Shown here: positions 46,861 to 55,526 of the stretch, one piece after another
How positions within the stretch are numbered: position 1 is the first letter of the stretch
Layout of the letters: each line of letters starts with the position of its first letter
Source: Kiritimatiellia bacterium
Lineage (GTDB): Bacteria; Verrucomicrobiota; Kiritimatiellia; JAAZAB01
DNA: 64,000 nt
NCBI GenBank assembly: GCA_040767085.1
Contig: JAXGPF010000008.1
Coordinates: forward strand, 192,001 to 256,000
Direction of reading: 5' to 3'
Notes under the pieces: generated by a model
Seen by the model: only the letters and a program-made list of their open reading frames with translations
Told to the model about the DNA's origin: nothing
Databases searched by the model: none
Translations under genes and position numbers: made by a program

Positions 46861-48378
46861 TTATGCCCACATTTGTTTGATGGCGTTGATGGTCCAGTTA
46901 ACCAGTTCCCGGCCGCCTTCCGGGCCCACCGGCGTGCTGGCGGGGACGGCGCCGTAACTCTTGCCGGCCACCGCGCGGTCGGACGGCAAATAGGTTCCCG
47001 CGCCGACATGCTGCACCAGCAATGTCTGAATCGCCGCGCTGCGCGCCTTGATCTGCATGCCGAAATCCACGTAATATTCGAAAGGATTGGTGGCCAGCGC
47101 GACGCCGCCCAAGCGCAACACATGTACTTGAATTGGCAGGCGGGGCTGTGTTTGCTGGATGGCATAGCGCTTGGCCACGCCTTCGTACCACTTCACCCGG
47201 CGGTAGGCGGCCGTGATGCTGACATACCAGCGCGGCGCCTGTTTCTTTTCCGGATGCGCCTCCAGGTCGGCGCGCAGTTCCTCGTAATACGCCCGCTTTT
47301 CTTTTGCCGCCGCCAGCGCCTCGTCCACATCCGCCTGGGTCAGGTTGCGGCGTGACAGTTCCACGGTTTCCGCCCGATGGAGGAATACCGGGGCCATGTC
47401 AATATCCCGGTGCACCGCCGGGAGGATCGCGCCGATGGCATCGGCGATCCGCAAAGCGATTTCCTGGCGCAGGGCGCCGGGCGCGCCCAGGTTGCTGTCC
47501 AGTTTTTCCGGCAGCCGCTCCGTCAAACCCTTCAAATGGAGCATGCGCGCTTCGGCGGCCTGGTTGATCAACACGTGCGGCGATTGATCGCCCGAGGCGC
47601 TATTTTGCGGCAGGATGAACAGGTTGGCGCCGAACCGCCGGCGCAGTTCCATGCGGGTGTCATGCCAGTAATCCGCGCTGAGCAGGTAGGAATTTTCGCT
47701 GACCTGCGAAGGGCAGGCCAGGTTGACAATCATGCCGGTAAGCTTTTTGCCGGCATCATAGGTGCACAGCAGGTTGACCGCATGATCCTCGTAGCCTTCG
47801 ATATGGCTGAATTCCGGGTCGTTGGTCTTGCCGTACATCCGGGTTTCGCCGGTATAATATGCAATGCGGCGGTTGCGGCCGACCACGGCCTGTCCCAGGC
47901 CGAATCCGATGCCGCCGGGCGCGCGGGCCTCCCAGGCCGCCGCCGCGGCTTCCGCTATGCGCTGTGCCGCAAAATCAACATATTCCGCCGGATCCATCAC
48001 ATCCAGTTCCACCCTCACGCGCGCCGGCACATTGCCGCCGCCGAATTTGGACTGGGCATCCATCCGCACCTCGGGCGCGGCGTGGGTATGCGTGGCGTTC
48101 AGAAAGACGGTTAAAGGATCAAGCTCCGGCAAGCGCCGCTGGATTTGCGCGCGGACGGCGTCCAGCAGGTTGTCCGGGATGGCGACCAGGTCGCAACTGA
48201 CCATGATGGCGCGCTGGGCGTTCCTGTTGGACTCGAGTGCCAGCGCGGTGGCGGTGATCGGATCCATGACGCCCTCGGAGACCCGGGCATGAAACTGGCC
48301 GGTGACCAGCACCGGCCGGTTGGGCGTGAGATCGGCCGAACTCCAGCCGATTTTGAAAGATGCCGCTGAATTTTCCAT
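46861..48378 (-). CDS. Neutral/alkaline ceramidase-like hydrolase, paralog B
   Basis: GWSSADLTP, NATHTHAAP, IEGYEDH, NLACPSQ, SADYWHDTR, GDQSPH, NPFE. Confidence 0.7.
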   Translation of the reverse strand: MENSAASFKIGWSSADLTPNRPVLVTGQFHARVSEGVMDPITATALALESNRNAQRAIMVSCDLVAIPDNLLDAVRAQIQRRLPELDPLTVFLNATHTHAAPEVRMDAQSKFGGGNVPARVRVELDVMDPAEYVDFAAQRIAEAAAAAWEARAPGGIGFGLGQAVVGRNRRIAYYTGETRMYGKTNDPEFSHIEGYEDHAVNLLCTYDAGKKLTGMIVNLACPSQVSENSYLLSADYWHDTRMELRRRFGANLFILPQNSASGDQSPHVLINQAAEARMLHLKGLTERLPEKLDSNLGAPGALRQEIALRIADAIGAILPAVHRDIDMAPVFLHRAETVELSRRNLTQADVDEALAAAKEKRAYYEELRADLEAHPEKKQAPRWYVSITAAYRRVKWYEGVAKRYAIQQTQPRLPIQVHVLRLGGVALATNPFEYYVDFGMQIKARSAAIQTLLVQHVGAGTYLPSDRAVAGKSYGAVPASTPVGPEGGRELVNWTINAIKQMWA

Positions 48379-48448
48379 AGGTTATCCTTTGACCAGGCCA
48401 ATGCCCGGCGGCGGGGTAATGACAATTTCCGCGAACCCGGCTTGCATG

Positions 48449-49786
48449 TTATTTCTTCTTCGGCGCGCAGATCTTTTCCACATCCAGTTTGTCAAGGTTG
48501 TGGAACACTTTCTGGAAGGCCCGGGCGGTGGCGCGCACCGCACTCTTGCCGTTGGGCGCGCGCAGGGGATAGGTCATGCCGAAATGCGTGTCCGTGTGCA
48601 GTTGGGCCACGGGATAGGCCTTGGGATCGTATTTGACCGGTTTGGTTAAGGGACAATGCCAGGGACATCCATGGCCGTAGGCGTTCTGCGCCTGGAAGAC
48701 GGTCATGGCCGGCAGGATGAAATTCTGCCAGACACCTATACGGGCGCCTTCGGCCTTCAGGGCCGCCATCACGGCGTTGCGGAACATTTTCCGGTCGCCC
48801 TTCCAGCCGGCCGCGCGCATGTCGATCCGGCTGGTGAAATTGTACCAGTTATGCGTGTAGCCCCTGGGCTCGGTCGGCAGGATCAAGGCCGGCGTGTCCT
48901 TCAGCAAATCCAGCAGTAGCGCCGCGTTTTCGCGCTGGATTTTGAAATAGCGGTCCATCTTGGTCAACTGGGCGCGGCCGAAGGCGGCGGTCAGATCGTT
49001 GCCGCGATACATCCAGCCCAGGGCGTAGGCATGGTAATCGCGGGATTCCAGGGGCGTGCGCGTCTCTCCGAACGACCAGAGCGTTCTGGCCTTGTTGTAG
49101 ATTTCCTCGTCGTCGGTGACGAACATGCCGCCTTCGCCGGCGCACAAGCACTTGTTCTGGTTGAAACTGAAGGCCGCGCAATGGCCGAGCGTGCCGGCTT
49201 TGCGTCCCTTGAAGAGCGCCCCATGGGCCTGGCAGGCATCCTCGATCACGAACAATTTGTGCTTGCGGGCGATTTTCATGACGGCATCCATGTTAACGGT
49301 CAGGCCGTGCAGATGCACAACGACGATCGCCCGGGTCTTCTTCGTGATGGCCGCTTCGATTTTTTTGACGTCAATATTGATGGTGTCAAAGTCAATGTCC
49401 ACAAAGACCGGAATGCAGTTGTTGTGCAGGACGCAGGTGGCGCTGGAACTCCAGGAATAAGCCGGCACCAGCACGTGATCGCCGGCGTTCAGGCCGCATC
49501 CCACCAGGCCCATGTGCAGGGCGGCCGTGCCGGCGTTGGTGTAAATTGCGAACTTGTTTCCGTTCCAGGCCGCGAATTCCTCCGTGAAGGCCTTGGCATT
49601 CGGCCCGAAAGCATGGGCGTCGCCCTCGAGCGACGCCAGCACCAGCTTGCGGTCAATCGCGTCGATCGGCGGCCAGCCCTTGAGCAGTCCCTCCGGAATT
49701 GCCGGTTTGCCGCCATTGATTGCCAGTATATCGGTCTTTTTGCTCATCCTTTGTGTTCCTTGTGTTCTATTGTGGTGAATTATCAT
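48449..49786 (-). CDS. DegT/DnrJ/EryC1/StrS family sugar aminotransferase
   Basis: NAGTAALH, VHLHG, IEDACQAHG, FSFNQNKCLCAGEGG; start 49786 (ATGA overlap) or 49747. Confidence 0.92.
   Translation of the reverse strand: MIIHHNRTQGTQRMSKKTDILAINGGKPAIPEGLLKGWPPIDAIDRKLVLASLEGDAHAFGPNAKAFTEEFAAWNGNKFAIYTNAGTAALHMGLVGCGLNAGDHVLVPAYSWSSSATCVLHNNCIPVFVDIDFDTINIDVKKIEAAITKKTRAIVVVHLHGLTVNMDAVMKIARKHKLFVIEDACQAHGALFKGRKAGTLGHCAAFSFNQNKCLCAGEGGMFVTDDEEIYNKARTLWSFGETRTPLESRDYHAYALGWMYRGNDLTAAFGRAQLTKMDRYFKIQRENAALLLDLLKDTPALILPTEPRGYTHNWYNFTSRIDMRAAGWKGDRKMFRNAVMAALKAEGARIGVWQNFILPAMTVFQAQNAYGHGCPWHCPLTKPVKYDPKAYPVAQLHTDTHFGMTYPLRAPNGKSAVRATARAFQKVFHNLDKLDVEKICAPKKK
49749..49777 (-). repeat. Nonamer micro-repeat (aacacaaRg-like x3) at gene junction
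   Basis: Plus strand ctttgtgtt ccttgtgtt ctattgtggt. Confidence 0.5.
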
Positions 49787-50607
49787 TGATATCCCAGTTT
49801 CCGCATGTAAGCCATGTTGGCCGCCGCGCTGGCCTGGTTGGATATCGGCGCCTTGTCCAGTTCGATTGTCAGGTATCCGTCATACCCGACATCCTCCAGG
49901 ACTTTTAAAAATCCCGGGAGGTTGACCTCGCCCTGGCCCAGTTCCAGGAACGAACTGAAGACTTCAAAACCGCGGCTGTTGCCGAAGTCGCCCTCGATTT
50001 TCTGCTCCTTGCGCACGTCCTTGATATGCGTAAAGCCGACGCGCCGGGCATAACGTTTGGTGACGGCCACCGGATCGCATTTGCCTTTGGTCATGTGCGC
50101 GGTGTCCGGGCCCAAGCCGATTTCCGCCGGATCGGTGTTCTGCATGATGAAATCAATTTCTTTTTCAAACATCACCATGGTATTGGCATGCGGATGAATG
50201 CAGGGCAGAATCCCGTAAGGTTTGGTGATCTTGCCGATGGCCTGCAGGGTTTCCAGCACCTGGCGCAATTCTTCCGGCGTGGCGCCGCCGCCTTTTTTGC
50301 CCGTCGCCTGGACGTTCATGCGCTTGATATTGTTCGCGGCCAGGAAATCCAGCGATTTTTCGATCGTGGCCACATCGTTCTGGCGGTCGCCCCGGATCCA
50401 GAAATAAAAACTCACTGGAAATACCTGGTGCTCATTGACGATATCCTGAAATTCCTTGAGGCTGTCGCGGAAGAGATTAACTGCCGTGGCCACACTCTCG
50501 AAATATTTGCAACCGATGGACTGCATGTCCTTCAAGGCGGCGATCATCTGCGATTTTTCCTTCAGGCCCCAGGGCCAGACGGCATAGGCAAGCTTGGCTT
50601 TCGACAT
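49783..50607 (-). CDS. IolE/MocC-like inosose dehydratase or sugar epimerase (TIM barrel)
   Basis: HPHANT, PDTAH, HIKD, FLELGQG, GYDGYLTIELD pattern of the IolE-like subfamily. Confidence 0.72.
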   Translation of the reverse strand: MSKAKLAYAVWPWGLKEKSQMIAALKDMQSIGCKYFESVATAVNLFRDSLKEFQDIVNEHQVFPVSFYFWIRGDRQNDVATIEKSLDFLAANNIKRMNVQATGKKGGGATPEELRQVLETLQAIGKITKPYGILPCIHPHANTMVMFEKEIDFIMQNTDPAEIGLGPDTAHMTKGKCDPVAVTKRYARRVGFTHIKDVRKEQKIEGDFGNSRGFEVFSSFLELGQGEVNLPGFLKVLEDVGYDGYLTIELDKAPISNQASAAANMAYMRKLGYQ

Positions 50608-50725
50608 GGTTTGGTCTCCTTTTTGTGTTTGTTATTCCGCAAATTCTCAAGTGATTTTAATTAAGAAACATTTGCCGCCGTGAACGACGGGCTTGGCCGT
50701 CAGCGCTCTTTCGTCCTTTCCCGGC

Positions 50726-50788
50726 ATTGTGCGGCGGCGCAGGCGGAAATGCAAGAGTAGGAATTTGCTATTAAGGGTAAATTCTTGC
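50726..50788 (-). promoter_or_regulatory. Sigma70 promoter with candidate AraC-family activator site overlapping the -35
   Basis: Minus strand TTGCAT-N17-CACAAT; inverted repeat GCAAGA-N26-TCTTGC (50751-50788) overlaps the -35 by 4 bp. Confidence 0.5.
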
Positions 50789-50813
50789 GCTGGCCGCCGG
50801 GCGCCGGGAATGT

Positions 50814-51644
50814 TCAATGGCGGGCGGCGTAGCGCAGATCCCGGGGGGCGAATCCGAAATGGCGGTGGAAGACCTTGGAAAAGTAATTGCCGTCATGGTA
50901 GCCCACGGCGTGGGCCGCTTCCTTGATCGAATGCTTTCCCGATTGCAGCAGCAGCTTGGCTTGCTGCATGCGCCGGTTGGTCAGGTACTCCAGCAGCGAA
51001 AAATCGTTTTCCCGGCTGAAGAGATGCGAAAGGTAAAACGGGCTGATGCGCAGATGCCGCGCGATTTGCTCCAGCGAGATTTCCTCGGCGTAATGCGCGT
51101 CCAGATAGGCCCGCGCCTGCAGCATCAGGGTGCGGGAAGGATTTTGGCGCCCGGCCGGCGTCGGGCGGCCACCCGCGCTCCTGCGGGTCAGGAGCGCGTG
51201 CAGGACGGTGAATAAAATCGTCAGCAAATGCGCGCTGGCCAGCAGGCGGTCGGCGTCGGCGCCGGCGGCCAGACGGTCGCGCAACTGGTCGCAGAGCGCG
51301 GCGACGGCGCGCCGGGCGGCGGGCGTCACGGCCCGGCAGGCATCGAGCGGGAGCCGCTGGAAATACTCGCGGTCATGCTGCCAGCGGAAAAACACCATAA
51401 ACACTTTCATGCCTTGCGCCAGGTCGAATTCATCGCGGTGGCGGGTGCCGGCCGGGATCAGCACGAAGCCGCCGGGCATGGTGGTGAAACTGCGCCGGCG
51501 GTAAAAAACCGTGCGCACCCAACCATCCATGACCAGCAGCAATTCGCAGTGGATGGACGGGTGATTGTTGACGGCCCAGTACGGCCCGAAAATCCTGTCG
51601 CCCATGGAGATGATATCAGGCAGGGCAGTGAAAGCAGTGTTCAT
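50814..51644 (-). CDS. AraC family transcriptional regulator (cupin + double HTH)
   Basis: HCELL cupin, SPFYLSHLF, SIKEAAHAVGYHDGNYFSKVF; ATGA-coupled to the amidase. Confidence 0.92.
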   Translation of the reverse strand: MNTAFTALPDIISMGDRIFGPYWAVNNHPSIHCELLLVMDGWVRTVFYRRRSFTTMPGGFVLIPAGTRHRDEFDLAQGMKVFMVFFRWQHDREYFQRLPLDACRAVTPAARRAVAALCDQLRDRLAAGADADRLLASAHLLTILFTVLHALLTRRSAGGRPTPAGRQNPSRTLMLQARAYLDAHYAEEISLEQIARHLRISPFYLSHLFSRENDFSLLEYLTNRRMQQAKLLLQSGKHSIKEAAHAVGYHDGNYFSKVFHRHFGFAPRDLRYAARH

Positions 51645-52666
51645 TGGAGCATGCGGTGCGCGTTTTTGACGGATTCCAGGTAGTTCGCAATGCCGTCGGC
51701 AATGCCCTGCGCCAGTTTGTCGCGGTAATCCTTGCGGATGATTTTTTGCTCTTCCGCGGGATTGGAAATGAAACCGCACTCGACGAGCGCGGCGGGACAG
51801 GGCACGTTGCGGGTGACATAAAAACGCGAGCGCCGGACACCGCGGTCGGCGGCGCCGGAAACCTGGATCAACCGGCGCTGCAAAGCGTAGCCCAGATACA
51901 TGTTGGCCAGGTCGTACCGGTTGCCCGCATAGGCCAGGCGGTCGCGGGCTTCCACCTTGCTCTGGGCGGTGACCGGGCAGCCGGCGGGGGGCAGAATATG
52001 CGTTTCGATGCCGGCGGCTTCGCGGGATCCAGCGGCGTTCATGTGGATGCTGACAAACAAATCCGTATCCCAGCGCTCCGCCATCCGGCAGCGTTCGTCC
52101 AGCGACAGGTAGCGGTCGCCTTCACGGGTCAGACGGACCTGCACCCCCTGTCGGCGCAGGATATCGCGGACCTTGCGCGCCAGGTAGAGCGTGACGCGTT
52201 TTTCCTCGACCTGGCGGCGGGAAATAGCGCCTTTGTCGTTGCCACCGTGCCCGGCGTCCAGCACGATCACCCGGCGCCCGGCCGCTATCAGGCCGCGATG
52301 CGGGAAGATCAGCGGCAGCAGGGTTTTTTCCGCGTCCCGCGCGGAGACGGCCCATTCCCCCCTATAGCGGGTGACCGGCTGATTAAGCCAGATGACAATG
52401 CCGTTGTAGGTGGCGCGCCGGCTGTCGCCCTCCAGCCCCAGGGAGTGAAAGCGGCAGGCCAGGTGGACGGTTTTGCCGCGGATTTGCAAGTCCTTGAAAC
52501 CGTGCGCGCGCGCGAACTTGCGCAGCGGAATCCAGGCCGCCGGCGCGGCGGCGGCGGGACTGCCGGCCAGGCATAAGCCCGCCAGGATGATGGCGGCCAG
52601 GCAGGGGCTGGTACAATATCGCGTAAGTTTCAAAACAGTTGCGCCATGCCTTTCCGGATAAGCCAA
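51641..52666 (-). CDS. N-acetylmuramoyl-L-alanine amidase (Amidase_3)
   Basis: LDAGHGGND, EKRVTL, LTR, FVSIHMNA, LVECGFISN; the real start may be a few codons downstream. Confidence 0.9.
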   Translation of the reverse strand: MAYPERHGATVLKLTRYCTSPCLAAIILAGLCLAGSPAAAAPAAWIPLRKFARAHGFKDLQIRGKTVHLACRFHSLGLEGDSRRATYNGIVIWLNQPVTRYRGEWAVSARDAEKTLLPLIFPHRGLIAAGRRVIVLDAGHGGNDKGAISRRQVEEKRVTLYLARKVRDILRRQGVQVRLTREGDRYLSLDERCRMAERWDTDLFVSIHMNAAGSREAAGIETHILPPAGCPVTAQSKVEARDRLAYAGNRYDLANMYLGYALQRRLIQVSGAADRGVRRSRFYVTRNVPCPAALVECGFISNPAEEQKIIRKDYRDKLAQGIADGIANYLESVKNAHRMLQ

Positions 52667-52704
52667 TTCCGCAATCCGCGGGTGTTGAATTCCGCGTCAG
52701 CGGA

Positions 52705-52733
52705 TTGACACTAATATTCGGATAGTATAAACT
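52705..52733 (+). promoter_or_regulatory. Sigma70-like promoter for the TPR gene
   Basis: TTGACA (52705-52710), 17-nt spacer, TAAACT. Confidence 0.6.
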
Positions 52734-52764
52734 ATGCGGTTAAGAAAAAAAAGGAGTTTTTATC

Positions 52765-54153
52765 ATGGCAGAAATCAGCGATGTCAATATACCCAAGCGG
52801 GCGCGCGAATTGTTTGTCAAGGGCCAAACGGCGATGGAACGCAATAACCTGGTGTACGCCATTGAAATGTTCTTTGCCGCCGTGCAGATCGAACCGCGTT
52901 TTTTGAATGCCCGCAATCATTTGCGCGCTGCCGAGATCAAACAGTTTAACGACCGCGGCGGCGGCCCGGTCCGGCATGCCATGGCCTTGCTGGCCGGTCT
53001 CCCGCAACTGGCTGTCGCTACTCTGCGTTTGCAGATGAAGCAGGGCGAGCAAGCCTTGCAGGCGGCGGAAAACTTGATGCGGCTGGACCCCCTGCACCCG
53101 GTTTTCCTGCGCACGCTGGAACGGGCGGCGGTGGCCGCGGGCAGGCCCGAAGTGGCCATCCAGACGCTGACGGCGGCCCGCGAATATGCGCCGGAAGATG
53201 TAGGTTTGATCGTGCGATTGGGCCGGTTGCTGGCGGAAAACAATCAACTGGCCGATGCCAAGGAATGCATGGAAAAAGCCGCCGCCATGCTGCCGAACGA
53301 CGCGCGGGTCATCAACGCCCTGAAAGATGTCATGGCGCGCGAAACCATGGCCAAGGGCGGATGGAATGCCGCGCGGGATGGCGGATCCTACCGGGACGTT
53401 ATCAAGGACACGCGCGAAGCCGCCATTCTGGAGCAGGGTTCCCGCGCCGTACAGGATGCTCAGAGCTTGGAATTGCTGCTGCAGGATATGCTGGAAAAGG
53501 TCAAGCACAATCCCGACAATGTCAATTTCCGGCGCCAATTGGCCACCTTGTATGTCAAGAGCAGCCGGTTTGACGATGCCATCCGGACGTTGGAAGAGGC
53601 CCGCCGCGGCAGCGCCGGAGATCCCCAGATTGACCAGGCCCTGGCGCAGGTGCGCCTGCAGCAGTTTGATTACGAAATTGCGCAAGCCCGGGAAAACGGC
53701 GACAAGGACGGCGTGGCCGCGCGCCAGGCCGCGCGGGCGGACTTCCTCTTCAAGGATGTCAAGTCGCGGGTGGAGCGTTATCCCAATGATTGGGCATTGC
53801 GGTTCGAGTTCGGCAACCTGTTGCTCGAAGGCGGACAGTTGAACGAGGCCATTCAGCAGTTTCAGCTCGCGCAGCGCAATCCCCAGTTCCGCCTTCGCGC
53901 CCTGTTTAATATGGCGCTGTGCTTCAAGCAGAAAGGCCAGTTGGACCTGGCCAGCGAACAGTTTGAAAAAGTTGCGGCGGAGTTGACGGAGATGGACGAG
54001 TTCAAGAAGGATGTTTACTACCAGATGGGCGAAATCCTGGAACAGCAGGGGAAAAAGCAGGAAGCGGTGCAGCGCTTTTACAAGGAAATCTACCAGGCTG
54101 ACATATCTTACCGCGACATCTCCGCCAAAATGGAACAGGCCCCCGCCGGCTGA
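52765..54153 (+). CDS. Tetratricopeptide repeat protein
   Basis: Helical TPR-like repeats (FEFGNLLLEGGQLNEAIQQFQLA, YYQMGEILEQQGKKQEA), C-terminal DISYRDI; RBS aaggag. Confidence 0.85.
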   Translation: MAEISDVNIPKRARELFVKGQTAMERNNLVYAIEMFFAAVQIEPRFLNARNHLRAAEIKQFNDRGGGPVRHAMALLAGLPQLAVATLRLQMKQGEQALQAAENLMRLDPLHPVFLRTLERAAVAAGRPEVAIQTLTAAREYAPEDVGLIVRLGRLLAENNQLADAKECMEKAAAMLPNDARVINALKDVMARETMAKGGWNAARDGGSYRDVIKDTREAAILEQGSRAVQDAQSLELLLQDMLEKVKHNPDNVNFRRQLATLYVKSSRFDDAIRTLEEARRGSAGDPQIDQALAQVRLQQFDYEIAQARENGDKDGVAARQAARADFLFKDVKSRVERYPNDWALRFEFGNLLLEGGQLNEAIQQFQLAQRNPQFRLRALFNMALCFKQKGQLDLASEQFEKVAAELTEMDEFKKDVYYQMGEILEQQGKKQEAVQRFYKEIYQADISYRDISAKMEQAPAG

Positions 54154-54260
54154 TATTCCCGCCAATGCGCCGGTCTGCCGCCGCCGATCCGCCGCGGGGC
54201 GGCTTTGTTCGCGGGCTTGCAGGGCATCCCCGGCGGACGGCGGCAACGAGAAAGCGCTCA

Positions 54261-55166
54261 ATGCTGAACCATCTGAACAAACCGGCGCTGGGATTGGTCG
54301 CGCTGATCGCCGGCGTGGCTTTGTTCAGCACGGTGGAAGTTTTATCCAAGCTGATCGGCGCGCGGGTATCGCCCGGGCTGCTCGTTTTCCTGCGTTTTTT
54401 CATCACCGGCCTGGTCCTGCTGGCGCTGGTGGGGCGGGATTTGCCGCGCCGCCTGGCGGCCTTGGGGCGCCGGGATTACGCCTTGTTTGCCTTCAACGGC
54501 TTTGTCAGCATTGCGCTGGCGATTTCGCTCTTTCACCTGGCCTTGCTGGTGTTTGAAAAGGCGGCTTCCTGCGCGGTGGTCTTCAGCGCCAATCCCATTT
54601 TTGTCATGCTGCTGGCCCGTTTTATCAACCGCGAACCGCTGAGCTGGCCCAAGGCGGCCGCCGTCCTGAGCGGCGCGGTTGGCGTGGCGTTTTTCGCCTG
54701 GGAATCGGGTGCTTTCACCCTGCAGTCGCTGCAGGCGCTGGGATTGATTGCCGTCTCCGCCCTGCTGTTTTCGGCCGGCATCTGCATTTCCCGCCGGGTC
54801 ATCCACCGCTACGGCGTGTTCATTCTCATGGGGTTCACGACGTTGTTTGGCAGCCTGATGGTGCTGCCCTGGGCGGTGTGGAGCTTGTGGCGTACCGGGC
54901 CGGCGGGATTGCTTTCCGCCTGGCCGCTGGTGCTGGCGCTGGTATTGCCCGGCACCACGCTGGCCTATGGCCTGTATTATTACGGGCTGCACCATTGCAC
55001 GGCGTTTCAGGCCTCCATGCCGTTTTTCCTGAAACCCGTGCTGGCTTCGCTGCTGGCGATGGTCTGGCTGGGCGAGGAACTGAACCTGTTCATGGTGCTC
55101 GGCAGCCTCTGCATCCTCTCCGGCCTGGTGATTACCGTGGTCTTCGGCCGGCGCTCCGGCGCTTGA
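54261..55166 (+). CDS. DMT/EamA family transporter
   Basis: About 10 TM segments, LRF, SANPIF, LKPVLASLLA..WLGE. Confidence 0.88.
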   Translation: MLNHLNKPALGLVALIAGVALFSTVEVLSKLIGARVSPGLLVFLRFFITGLVLLALVGRDLPRRLAALGRRDYALFAFNGFVSIALAISLFHLALLVFEKAASCAVVFSANPIFVMLLARFINREPLSWPKAAAVLSGAVGVAFFAWESGAFTLQSLQALGLIAVSALLFSAGICISRRVIHRYGVFILMGFTTLFGSLMVLPWAVWSLWRTGPAGLLSAWPLVLALVLPGTTLAYGLYYYGLHHCTAFQASMPFFLKPVLASLLAMVWLGEELNLFMVLGSLCILSGLVITVVFGRRSGA

Positions 55167-55228
55167 TCCGTGTGCGTCCGGAAAGTTTTAGCCAAAACCC
55201 GCGCAAAATTCGGCCTGCAATAATCGCT

Positions 55229-55387
55229 GGCTAAACTCCTGTGCAATCTGAACTGGGGGCCTGTCTGTTTTCTCAAGGCAAGCTCAGGCATGCTGTCGGG
55301 GGCCGCCTGAAAAGAGCGGTTGGACTGCCGGATACCGGCTCGAAACAATATAAAATCCCGTCACCGATTCAGGTGCAACGATAAGCC
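55229..55387. ncRNA. Candidate structured non-coding RNA, family unknown
   Basis: Closing stem tgcaatctgaa/ttcaggtgca plus ggct/agcc; inner hairpins gcctg..caggc, gccgc-ctgaaaaga-gcggt, gccgg-ata-ccggc; no credible ORF. Confidence 0.4.
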
Positions 55388-55526
55388 GTTGGGCATGGCG
55401 CCGCCGTTTTAATCGCGGGAATTGCCAATAATCTGCTTGCAAACAACCGCGATTAATCGCAGAATTCCCCGCTTGCTTACAGGCGCATGCGGGCGGCTTG
55501 CGCCCGCATTTTGGGGAGGAAGTGCG

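Noticed and set aside
46847..46864. gagagttat x2 at a gene end
   Set aside because: Two units only; too short to call an element
55255..55345. SRP (4.5S) RNA, lysine, SAM-I or c-di-AMP riboswitch, or tRNA-Sec
   Set aside because: No CAGG..GGAAG..AGCAG SRP loop, no AGAGG-GC/GAAAG..GCCGAA lysine core, no SAM or ydaO core, no cloverleaf
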